From contig CANPVK010000001.1 of assembly GCA_947581715.1 (NCBI GenBank), positions 1 through 59,013 on the forward strand: 59,013 bases of DNA. The letters run 5' to 3'. Below the pieces are notes generated by a model, which saw only the letters and a list, made by a program, of their open reading frames with translations, had not been told where the DNA came from and searched no databases. A program made the translations under genes and the position numbers. Below are positions 9,947 to 17,950 of this stretch, piece by piece. Origin of the DNA: an uncultured Bacilli bacterium (GTDB taxonomy: Bacteria > Bacillota_I > Bacilli_A > RF39 > UBA660). Numbering within the stretch: position 1 is the stretch's first letter; the number at the start of each line of letters is the position of its first letter.

Positions 9947-10549
9947 ATGAGAAAAAAAAGATTTTCTCCATTTTATAAGGCAATGGCTTATCGTTTTTTG
10001 TTTGTTATTGGTCTTTTTTGTTTTATCACATTCCTTCTTTCTAGCAATGTTCATCAAATGAATAGTGTTTCTAATATTAATGGTGTGAAGTCAATCCAAG
10101 CAATTCATATTATTACAGAGTATGATAATCGTGTGAGGCCATTAGAAGTAATGGAAGTAAGTACAATGGAAGAAGCTAGTATTTATGGACCAACTATGCC
10201 TATTTCTTTTACCGGACAGATGACCGCTTATAATCCTATATGTGTCGGTTGTACTGGAAAGGTTTCTTGTCCTCCTAGACAGGATGTTACGAATGGAAAT
10301 ATTTATTATGAAGATGAAGGTTATGGTAGTATTCGTATTTTAGCTGCAGATCCTCATATTCCATGTGGTACAGTTGTTCAAATTACTAATGTTACTTTTT
10401 CAGAAGAACCAATTATTGGAATTGTTTTAGATCGTGGGGGTGCTATTAAAGGAAATATTATGGACTTTTTAGTAACGGAAACAGATGATATGGATGTTAT
10501 TGGAAGACAAAGGGGTGTTCATTATGAAGTACTTCGTTGGGGGTGGTAG
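9947..10549 (+). CDS. 3D-domain (RlpA-like barrel) cell-wall protein, YabE-like
   Basis: N-terminal membrane anchor. C-terminal 3D-domain pattern: TAYNP...VTNG...ILAADPHIPCGTVVQI...VLDRGGAIKGNIMDF. Syntenic with Bacillus yabE. Confidence 0.7.
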   Translation: MRKKRFSPFYKAMAYRFLFVIGLFCFITFLLSSNVHQMNSVSNINGVKSIQAIHIITEYDNRVRPLEVMEVSTMEEASIYGPTMPISFTGQMTAYNPICVGCTGKVSCPPRQDVTNGNIYYEDEGYGSIRILAADPHIPCGTVVQITNVTFSEEPIIGIVLDRGGAIKGNIMDFLVTETDDMDVIGRQRGVHYEVLRWGW

Positions 10550-10552
10550 TCT

Positions 10553-11221
10553 ATGAATCAAAATCAAAATAAGCAATCAGAGAATTCTTTTTATCAAAAT
10601 GATTATATAGCAGAGAATTCAGAAGAAACCAATTCCAAAAAAAGATACTTTCTTTATTTCTTTTTTTTCACTATTTTATTATTTTTTTGTGTATTTGGAA
10701 TTTCTTATTCTGTTTACTATGGAGATAGTGGTGGACCGCAAGATGTAGAAACGGAAAACATTTTATTTACTTATTCTGATGTAAATCAAGCAGGAAATGG
10801 AATTCAGATAAAAAATGCTTCTCCTATTCCTGACTCTATTGGTAAATCAATGGTAAAAACCGGTGAATACTTTGATTTTTATATTACTGCAACTACTACG
10901 AAAAGCGATTTGTTTTATCAAATTTTAATTCGAAAAGATGAATTATCTACTTTAGCGGATTCTGATGTTAAGCTTTATTTAACACAAGTAATGGGAGGAA
11001 TGGAGCAAGATGTTGTATTGCATAAAGTATCTGAGTTGAAGCAAGTAGAAGTTGAAAAACAACAGTATTATGTTCTTTATGAAAAGACTTTGTTTGGACC
11101 TTTAGATAATCATCATGATAGTTATCGATTAAGAATGTGGGTAGCAGAGGATGCCATTGGTTATGAAGATAAAAAATTTGCAATTAAAGTTGATGTTTCT
11201 GCTTACCAGGTAGAGGAGTGA
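10553..11221 (+). CDS. membrane-anchored secreted protein, paralog A of a SipW-associated pair
   Basis: N-terminal TM segment/signal anchor (FLYFFFFTILLFFCVFGISYSVY). Shares motifs with the next ORF: F(T/S)YSD, GNGI(Q/H)I, EYFDF, AT(T/A)T, (Y/F)RLRMW. Confidence 0.65.
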   Translation: MNQNQNKQSENSFYQNDYIAENSEETNSKKRYFLYFFFFTILLFFCVFGISYSVYYGDSGGPQDVETENILFTYSDVNQAGNGIQIKNASPIPDSIGKSMVKTGEYFDFYITATTTKSDLFYQILIRKDELSTLADSDVKLYLTQVMGGMEQDVVLHKVSELKQVEVEKQQYYVLYEKTLFGPLDNHHDSYRLRMWVAEDAIGYEDKKFAIKVDVSAYQVEE

Positions 11222-11226
11222 TTGTT

Positions 11227-11862
11227 GTGCATAAGTCTAAATTAGAAATTTTAGCATTCGTTATTTTGTTTTTAGCGATGGTTTGTTTATTTACGGGAAT
11301 TAGTTTTTCTATTTTTACTTATTTTGGGCAAGGACTAACAAATAATGTTATCGAGACTGGTAGGGTAGTATTTTCTTATTCTGATAGTAATGGTGGAGGA
11401 AATGGAATTCATATTGAAGATGCTCTTCCAACTTTAGATGAACAAGGAAAACTTTTGTCTAGTAGTAATGAGTATTTTGATTTTAGTGTATCTGCAACTG
11501 CTACGAATAGTGCACTTGCTTATGAAATTACTGTTTTAAAAGATCCTGCTTCTACTTTAGAGGAAGATTGGTTAAAAGTTTATTTGACTACTTTTGAAGG
11601 AAATCAAGAAGTTTCTACTTCTTTAACAAATCCTAATGGGGTTGTTGCTACTTATCATCAATTAATGAATACTAGTAATCCTTTGCTAGAGGGAAAAACA
11701 ATTTATTATGGAACCGTAAATCCAGGAGAAGTGAATTATGGAAGAAAATTTCGATTGAGAATGTGGATAAAAGTTCCAGAACAACTTGATTTTGATTATA
11801 GTACATTAGCAAATAAATATTTTTCTTTAAAAGTAAATGTGGCAGCATCTACTGTATATTAA
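11227..11862 (+). CDS. membrane-anchored secreted protein, paralog B
   Basis: Paralog of 10553..11221 (see shared motifs there). The GTG at 11227 lies 8 nt after gaggag and is preferred to the GTG at 11218, which has no spacer. Confidence 0.6.
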   Translation: MHKSKLEILAFVILFLAMVCLFTGISFSIFTYFGQGLTNNVIETGRVVFSYSDSNGGGNGIHIEDALPTLDEQGKLLSSSNEYFDFSVSATATNSALAYEITVLKDPASTLEEDWLKVYLTTFEGNQEVSTSLTNPNGVVATYHQLMNTSNPLLEGKTIYYGTVNPGEVNYGRKFRLRMWIKVPEQLDFDYSTLANKYFSLKVNVAASTVY

Positions 11863-11868
11863 AAATGT

Positions 11869-11897
11869 AAAGAAAAGCATGATGTTTTTCTTTTTTT
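11869..11897 (+). terminator. weak AT-rich terminator-like hairpin
   Basis: aaagaaaa pairs with ttttcttt around the loop gcatgatgt, followed by a T-run. Confidence 0.35.
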
Positions 11898-11965
11898 ATT
11901 TTACTTCCTTTTTTTTCTGTGTTATGATTATCTTATAATATGGAGTAGAATCGGGTGATAGAAGA

Positions 11966-12679
11966 GTGAATTTTTTTAAAAAAGTTTTTCGGTTTTTATC
12001 TTCAGTTTTATTCTATTCTCTTGTAGTTATTTTGGGAATTGCTATTTTAATGTTTGCTGCTTACTTTATTGATCAAAAATTAGGACAACAAAAAGGAGAA
12101 AAACGGAATCCTTTATTTGGAGCTTATATTATTATTAGTACTAGTATGATTCCTAATATTAATGTTTACGATGCTGTTTTGACAGCACGTGTTCAGACAG
12201 AACAAATTCATGTAGATGATATTATCACTTTTATATCTAAAGAAATTGAAACGAGGGGGACTCCTATTACGCATCGTGTTATTGGTATTGTTTACGATTC
12301 TGAGGATAAGACTAAGGTGTTAGGTTATAGAACAAAAGGAGATCATAATAATACTGCAGATTTTGCTTTAATTCGTCCAGAAGAAGTGCTAGGAAAGGTT
12401 TATTTAAGAATTCCGAAACTTGGTTATATTCAAATCATTATGACAAAGCCAATTGGTTGGTTGTTGCTAGTTGTTGTTCCATGTATTTGCATTATATTTA
12501 GTGATATTATTCAACTATTACGAAAAAATAACTCTAAAAAGCAAAATTCTGTTGTTCAAGAAAAAAATATGAAAAATAGTTTAGAACAAAATGTTGTTTC
12601 AATTCCTTCTGTTTCTGTATTAGATAGTGACGAAGTAAAAAAAATAAATGATCATCAAGATTTAGATAATCATCCATAA
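11966..12679 (+). CDS. signal peptidase I, ER/archaeal type (SipW-like)
   Basis: N-terminal TM segment, catalytic Ser in IISTSMIPNI, His in ITHRVIG, and a second C-terminal TM segment (PIGWLLLVVVPCICIIF), typical of SipW-type rather than LepB-type peptidases. Confidence 0.8.
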   Translation: MNFFKKVFRFLSSVLFYSLVVILGIAILMFAAYFIDQKLGQQKGEKRNPLFGAYIIISTSMIPNINVYDAVLTARVQTEQIHVDDIITFISKEIETRGTPITHRVIGIVYDSEDKTKVLGYRTKGDHNNTADFALIRPEEVLGKVYLRIPKLGYIQIIMTKPIGWLLLVVVPCICIIFSDIIQLLRKNNSKKQNSVVQEKNMKNSLEQNVVSIPSVSVLDSDEVKKINDHQDLDNHP

Positions 12680-12694
12680 AAGGAGGAAAAAAAT

Positions 12695-13420
12695 ATGGAT
12701 ATGAATTTTTTGAAACAGTATCTTAGAATTATCAATTATGCTTTGATTGGATTGGTTTTTGCTTTTGCATCTTTTTATTTACTTTCTAACATGTACCATT
12801 ACTTGGAAATTAGAAAGGATTTTGTTACTACTTTTGCCAAAGAAGATTTAGTTTTAAAATATGAGGAAAAACTACAGTCTATTCAAACTAATATTAGTGA
12901 TTTTGATGTGAATACTTATCAAGGAAATGTTCCTGCCAGTCAAATGACCATTATTGCTCATCAGTTGAATTCTTGCGTTGCTAGTTTTCGAAATGAAACT
13001 TTTCAAAGTATGATGGATAAGAATCGTATTACGATTATTGATGTTTATAATTTAAGAGAAGCATATGCAAATGATATTCTTGGTGATTGTATTGTCAATA
13101 ATTTGTTTTGGACTTCTGCAGTTGATCAACATCAGTTAGAAAATACTATTTTGGCACAAGAAAAAGATTTGATTCAATTATATTATAATAATTTATTTTC
13201 TGAAACTTCTTATTTAAAACAAGATTTATTAAATAATAGTAGCTATTATTATAATACAGCAATTGCTTCTTCTTCTATGAAAAGTAATACAAGAGATGGA
13301 TTTTATGAAGTAATGGGCTCTTATAATAAAGCTGTAAATTTTGTAGAATATATTTCTAAATGGTTTCATCAAGAAATCAGTACTACGGGAGGTGCATTAG
13401 AAAATGAATCAAATGATTAA
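12695..13420 (+). CDS. hypothetical single-pass membrane protein
   Basis: Strong RBS aaggagg. N-terminal TM segment (IINYALIGLVFAFASFYLL) followed by an extracytoplasmic domain of about 200 aa. Overlaps the next ORF, suggesting translational coupling. Confidence 0.6.
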   Translation: MDMNFLKQYLRIINYALIGLVFAFASFYLLSNMYHYLEIRKDFVTTFAKEDLVLKYEEKLQSIQTNISDFDVNTYQGNVPASQMTIIAHQLNSCVASFRNETFQSMMDKNRITIIDVYNLREAYANDILGDCIVNNLFWTSAVDQHQLENTILAQEKDLIQLYYNNLFSETSYLKQDLLNNSSYYYNTAIASSSMKSNTRDGFYEVMGSYNKAVNFVEYISKWFHQEISTTGGALENESND

Positions 13421-13919
13421 TAAGATATTTTGTTATTTAAAAGTACTATTACTTCTTGCTTGCTTCGTGTTTAGCTTTTTTATCATTATTAATATGTATC
13501 AAAGATTAGGAAAAAATTTAGTGGATGCCGTTTTTAATTTTATTCCTTATGTTATTTTATTCTTATTGTTTTCCATTAATATTGTATTGAAACAGAAATC
13601 AGTAAATGATAATATGTTCTATAATATTACTTGTTGTTTAGTATTTGGAATGTTATTATTTTCTGTTTATAGAACGTTTTTTGATCGAAATATGGTTGCT
13701 TTCATTCGTTTAGGCTACAATATTAATTTTAATTATTTTGCAGATATGATAGCACCAATGAGAGCAATGCTTTATATGTTATCTGTTTCTAATGTTTTAC
13801 TCATTTTAGATGGAATGAATTTGAAATTTCAAAAGAAAGAGGTTCCTGTTGTAGAAGAGACTCCTAAAAATAAAGAAGAGCAAGAAATTGTTTTAACAAC
13901 GAATGAAATTGGAATTTAA
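13404..13919 (+). CDS. hypothetical multi-pass membrane protein
   Basis: RBS gggaggtg. About 4 hydrophobic segments. Last gene of the cluster, followed by a terminator. Confidence 0.6.
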   Translation: MNQMINKIFCYLKVLLLLACFVFSFFIIINMYQRLGKNLVDAVFNFIPYVILFLLFSINIVLKQKSVNDNMFYNITCCLVFGMLLFSVYRTFFDRNMVAFIRLGYNINFNYFADMIAPMRAMLYMLSVSNVLLILDGMNLKFQKKEVPVVEETPKNKEEQEIVLTTNEIGI

Positions 13920-13939
13920 GAGGATAACCTCTTTTTTTT
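13918..13939 (+). terminator. rho-independent terminator
   Basis: aagagg, loop ataa, cctctt, followed by tttttt. Confidence 0.55.
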
Positions 13940-13975
13940 GCTTTTTGGATAAGGATATGTTATAGTTGATAAAAG

Positions 13976-14791
13976 GTGATATGTGTGCAGAACGAGAATT
14001 TTCATTTGAAAAAAAAGTTTGGACAAAATTTTCTAAAAGATGATTCTATTCCTAGAAAAATAGTGGAGCGTGCAGCTATTTTAGAGGATAGCTTGGTAAT
14101 AGAAGTTGGGCCTGGGGCGGGGGTTCTAACGAAAGTATTAGCAGAAAAAGCGAAACAAGTTTTATGTTATGAAATTGATATCGAATTAGAAGATGTATTA
14201 GCACACCAATTTATTGGTTATGATAATATTTCCATTATTTATGATGATTTTTTAAAGAGAGATGTCCAAGCGGATTTAAAGAGATATTCTTATTCTCATC
14301 TTTATTTGATCGCTAATTTACCATATTATATTACTACTCCTATTATTACGAAAGTCATAGAAGATGCTGTTCCTGTTGAAAAAATGGTTGTCATGGTTCA
14401 AAAAGAAGTCGCTTATCGTTTTAGTGCTAAACCAAAATCAAAGGATTATTCTTCTCTTACTGTATTTTTGAATTATTATTTTGATATTCAAAATGAATTT
14501 GAAGTTAGTAGGAATTGTTTCATTCCTAAACCTAATGTAGATAGCATGATTGTTTCTTTTCGGAAAAAACAGGAATTATTACCTGTTTCTCATTTATCTT
14601 TTTTCTTTCAGCTGGTAAGAGATAGTTTTCGTTTTAAAAGAAAAATGCTTCGTAATAATTTAAAAAATTATAATTTAACAGTGATTGCTCAAGTATTAGA
14701 AAAATATCATTTGAATCTTAGTGTTCGGGCAGAAGAGTTACCACTTGAGGTTTTCGTTGCTATGAGTAATTGTCTTTCTTCTAAAAATTAG
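13976..14791 (+). CDS. rsmA: 16S rRNA (adenine1518/1519-N6)-dimethyltransferase
   Basis: Motifs KKFGQNFL, SAM-binding EVGPGAGVLT and NLPYYITTPI. The exact start is uncertain (GTG at 13976 or 13985). Confidence 0.9.
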   Translation: MICVQNENFHLKKKFGQNFLKDDSIPRKIVERAAILEDSLVIEVGPGAGVLTKVLAEKAKQVLCYEIDIELEDVLAHQFIGYDNISIIYDDFLKRDVQADLKRYSYSHLYLIANLPYYITTPIITKVIEDAVPVEKMVVMVQKEVAYRFSAKPKSKDYSSLTVFLNYYFDIQNEFEVSRNCFIPKPNVDSMIVSFRKKQELLPVSHLSFFFQLVRDSFRFKRKMLRNNLKNYNLTVIAQVLEKYHLNLSVRAEELPLEVFVAMSNCLSSKN

Positions 14792-14839
14792 TATATTTTT
14801 GATTTTAAAAAGCATATATTTCACTATAGAGGTGATATA

Positions 14840-15121
14840 ATGCTTTTTCGTGTTGGAGATATTGTTACACGAAATTCTTATCAAAATGATACTTTTTTTG
14901 TGATTACCGATATTGATGGAAATGTTGCCTATTTAAAGGGAATTAATTTAAGACTTTTTGCGGATAGTGATTTATCAGATTTAGTGAAAGTCGAAAAAAA
15001 AGATGTCATTGATGATGACCGGGTTACTAGTAATTTGACAGAGCATTTAAATTTAGATCGCAATGAATATTTTTATTTGCCTGGGAAGATTCTACATATT
15101 GACGTTTTGCAATTTATGTAG
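14840..15121 (+). CDS. yabG: sporulation peptidase YabG, N-terminal fragment (gene split by the ICE insertion)
   Basis: MLFRVGDIVTRNSYQNDTFFVI...YLPGKILHID matches the YabG N-terminal region. After codon D (15101-15103) the frame reads 5 unrelated codons (VLQFM) and stops. The remainder of YabG is at 50474..51034. Confidence 0.8.
   Translation: MLFRVGDIVTRNSYQNDTFFVITDIDGNVAYLKGINLRLFADSDLSDLVKVEKKDVIDDDRVTSNLTEHLNLDRNEYFYLPGKILHIDVLQFM
15095..15110. other. predicted attL junction (chromosome / ICE left end)
   Basis: The YabG reading frame leaves homologous sequence after catattGA (GA at 15101-15102). The same GA dinucleotide is present at the right junction. Confidence 0.55.
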
Positions 15122-15181
15122 GGTAGTAACATATTTACTAAGATATCCATATAAAATATAGATTTTTTTGAATTTTTGATG

Positions 15182-15221
15182 ACAATGAAATTATCTAAAA
15201 AGTTTCATTGTTTTCTTTTTT
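15182..15221 (+). terminator. rho-independent terminator just inside the ICE left end
   Basis: acaatgaaa (15182-15190) pairs with tttcattgt (15203-15211), followed by tttctttttt. Confidence 0.65.
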
Positions 15222-15300
15222 CCCTTAAAATTAAGGAAAATTTTTGATAGATTTTTAGATGCTGATTGTCGTTATGTAATTAAAATTGTTATTATTACTT

Positions 15301-15333
15301 AGCCATCTTAATTATTTAAGGTGGCTTTTTTTA
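15301..15333 (+). terminator. second terminator-like hairpin upstream of parA
   Basis: agccatctt pairs with aaggtggct (one G-U pair), followed by ttttttt. Confidence 0.55.
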
Positions 15334-15354
15334 AGTAGAAAGGAGATGAGAAAA

Positions 15355-16179
15355 ATGAAGGAATGTAAGATAATTGCTATTGCAAATCAAAAAGGTGGAG
15401 TAGGAAAAACTACAACAACTTTTAATTTGGGAGTTGCTCTAGCAAAGCAGGGAAAAAGAGTGTTACTTGTGGACATTGACCCTCAAAGTAATTTAACAAC
15501 TTATTTAGGGTGGTATAATCAAGATGAATTGAAACTTACCTTAACAGACTTAATGAAACAGTTTATTAATGATTCACCGATTCAAACAAAAGAGGCTATA
15601 TTACATCATAAAGAAAATGTGGATTTATTACCATCAGATTTGGATTTAGCCGCCCTAGAAACAACTTTATCCTATACGATGAGTAGAGAATATTGTATTA
15701 AAAATTGTCTGGAAAGTATAAAAAGAAATTATGATTATATTTTATTAGACTGTCAGCCAAGTTTGAGTATGCTTACTATAAATGCTTTAGCTTGTGCTAA
15801 TAGTGTAATTATTCCTGTTCAAAGTCAATATTTTGCTACAAAGGGAATGACAGAGTTATTAAAAATAGTTAATAAAATAAAAAGGCAGATAAATCCTGAA
15901 TTAAAAATTGATGGAGCTTTGTTAACTTTAGTAGATAAGAGAACAAACTTAGCTAAGGAGATTGAAGAACAGATTAGAAATAATTATGGTAGTGTTTTAA
16001 AATTATTTAATACTCAAATTCCTATTGCCATTAAAACGGCTGAATCTACTTCATCAGGAAATAGTATTTTTCTTTATGATAAGAATAATAAAGTTGCAGA
16101 AGCTTATTTTTCTTTATCGAAGGAGGTGTTAGATAGTGCAAAAAAATACTCCAAAGATGCAATTACCCAAGTTAGATGA
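15355..16179 (+). CDS. parA: ParA/Soj-family partition ATPase
   Basis: Deviant Walker A motif [12 protein letters not shown]. The ATG at 15355 lies 9 nt after aggag. Confidence 0.88.
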   Translation: MKECKIIAIANQKGGVGKTTTTFNLGVALAKQGKRVLLVDIDPQSNLTTYLGWYNQDELKLTLTDLMKQFINDSPIQTKEAILHHKENVDLLPSDLDLAALETTLSYTMSREYCIKNCLESIKRNYDYILLDCQPSLSMLTINALACANSVIIPVQSQYFATKGMTELLKIVNKIKRQINPELKIDGALLTLVDKRTNLAKEIEEQIRNNYGSVLKLFNTQIPIAIKTAESTSSGNSIFLYDKNNKVAEAYFSLSKEVLDSAKKYSKDAITQVR

Positions 16180-17107
16180 TCTTTTTTTGACAGAGGAGGA
16201 GCGAAGGCAAAATAGCTTGGAGAAAGTTATTGATATTAAACTGAGTGATATTGATGATTTTCCTAAACATCCCTTTAAAGTTATTGAGAATGAAGATATG
16301 TATAATATGCGGGATAGTATTATTGAAAATGGGGTATTGGTACCAGCATTAGTTAGACCAAAGCCAAATGGAAAATATGAGATGGTGTCTGGGCATAGAA
16401 GAAAATTTGCAAGTAAATTGGCAAATAAAGAAACGATTCCTTGTATCGTTAGAGAATTGACAGATGATGAAGCAACAATTATTATGGTTGATAGTAATTT
16501 ACAGAGAGAAAAAGTACTCCCAAGTGAAAAAGCTTTTGCTTATAAAATGAAATTAGAAGCATTAAAGAGACAGGGATTTAGGACAGATTTAACTTCTGTG
16601 CAACTTGAACAGAAGTTAAAAAATAAAACCTCACGAAAAAAAATAGCAGAAGATATGAATGAAAGTGAGGCAACTATTCAAAGATATATTAGATTAACAA
16701 ATCTTATACCAGAACTTTTAGAAATGGTAGATAATGATGTAATGGGATTAACTCCTAGTATCGGACTTACTCCAAGTGTTAAGATATCGTTTTTAACACA
16801 GGAGGAGCAATATTTTTTGTTGGATTATATTGAGTGTAATGAAGTTACTCCATCTTTATCTCAAGCAATTGATTTAAAAGAGTTAAGTGAAAAGCACGAA
16901 CTAGATTCTGATAAGATTCAAGAAATTTTATCTGTAAGAAAACCAAATCAAATTCCAAAAATTTCATTCCATGAAGAAAAGATTATTAGTTTACTCCCAA
17001 AAAATATTGAATACGATCAAATTGAAGATTATGTAGTCAAGTGCATGAAATTTTATTCGAGATATTTGAAGCAAAAGGAAAAAAGTGCTAAAATGGATGC
17101 AAGATGA
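16136..17107 (+). CDS. parB: ParB/Spo0J-like nuclease-domain partition protein
   Basis: ParB N-terminal domain pattern VPALVRP...[16 protein letters not shown]. The GTG start follows aggagg and overlaps the end of parA. Confidence 0.8.
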   Translation: MQKNTPKMQLPKLDDLFLTEEERRQNSLEKVIDIKLSDIDDFPKHPFKVIENEDMYNMRDSIIENGVLVPALVRPKPNGKYEMVSGHRRKFASKLANKETIPCIVRELTDDEATIIMVDSNLQREKVLPSEKAFAYKMKLEALKRQGFRTDLTSVQLEQKLKNKTSRKKIAEDMNESEATIQRYIRLTNLIPELLEMVDNDVMGLTPSIGLTPSVKISFLTQEEQYFLLDYIECNEVTPSLSQAIDLKELSEKHELDSDKIQEILSVRKPNQIPKISFHEEKIISLLPKNIEYDQIEDYVVKCMKFYSRYLKQKEKSAKMDAR

Positions 17108-17228
17108 GGCAAAAGTACGTTTTCCACAACTTCCCCTCCTTACAATCCTCCCTTTAAATTACTAACTGTTTATAAACTAACTGAAAAAAACTAAGTATGT
17201 TATTCTTGTTAGAAAGGATGTGAAAAAA

Positions 17229-17906
17229 ATGAAAAAGAGATTAGTAATTATTGTAATTTTTGTAGCTTTTCTAGTTTCTAGTAGTATTATTTATCATTTT
17301 TCCACGGAAAATGTGGAAAAAGAAAAAAATCAAAGTGAAGAATCCACAGAAAATGTGGAAAAAGAAAATATTATTCCAGGAGAATCTGTTGATGAGAATA
17401 ATTTAGATTTAAATGAAAATGAATCTGAGGAAGAGCAATCAACTGAGGTGATAGATGAAAAAGAAAATCAACAATCCAATCCTATTCCATCTATACCACC
17501 TAGTTCGAATCCGACTTCTACACCAACACCAACTGTAACAAGTACTCCAAAGCCTAGTACTACACCAAAACAGACTGCAACGCCAACTCCTTCTTCATCA
17601 TCAACACCAACTGCTACACCTACTCCAAGTAGTCCTGCAAAGGAATCAACTTTATGGGAAAAATTAGGTATTAGTGAGTACGACTATTATCATAAACCAA
17701 TGTGGAGTTGGCAAAATGTTGATTTTCCAGTAAATGGATCACCAGATAATCCAAATTCTTGTACTAGTAGTGATGATTGTCGAAATAAATGCCAAAGATA
17801 TGGTGACGACTATTTAAAAAGTCATAATGGTTCATATAGTTGTAGTGTAGTAAATAGTTATTCTGGAGATTATCTTGGTGAAGATTTTGTTTTTACAGAA
17901 ATTTAG
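17229..17906 (+). CDS. secreted protein with Thr/Pro-rich linker and Cys-rich C-terminal domain
   Basis: Signal anchor LVIIVIFVAFLVSSSII, acidic region, TP-rich stretch (PTSTPTPTVTSTPKPSTTPKQTATPTPSSSSTPTATPTPS), and a C-terminal domain of about 90 aa with 6 Cys. Confidence 0.6.
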   Translation: MKKRLVIIVIFVAFLVSSSIIYHFSTENVEKEKNQSEESTENVEKENIIPGESVDENNLDLNENESEEEQSTEVIDEKENQQSNPIPSIPPSSNPTSTPTPTVTSTPKPSTTPKQTATPTPSSSSTPTATPTPSSPAKESTLWEKLGISEYDYYHKPMWSWQNVDFPVNGSPDNPNSCTSSDDCRNKCQRYGDDYLKSHNGSYSCSVVNSYSGDYLGEDFVFTEI

Positions 17907-17950
17907 TCCTAAAAATTAGGACTTTTTTTTATGAAAGAAAGTGAGGAATA

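Noticed and set aside
15095-15110. Looked for extended direct or inverted repeats shared by the two ICE junctions
   Set aside because: Only the GA dinucleotide is shared. That is expected for serine-recombinase attL/attR sites, so there is no supporting repeat evidence. The boundaries rest on the YabG protein reconstruction and are ambiguous by about 2 bp.
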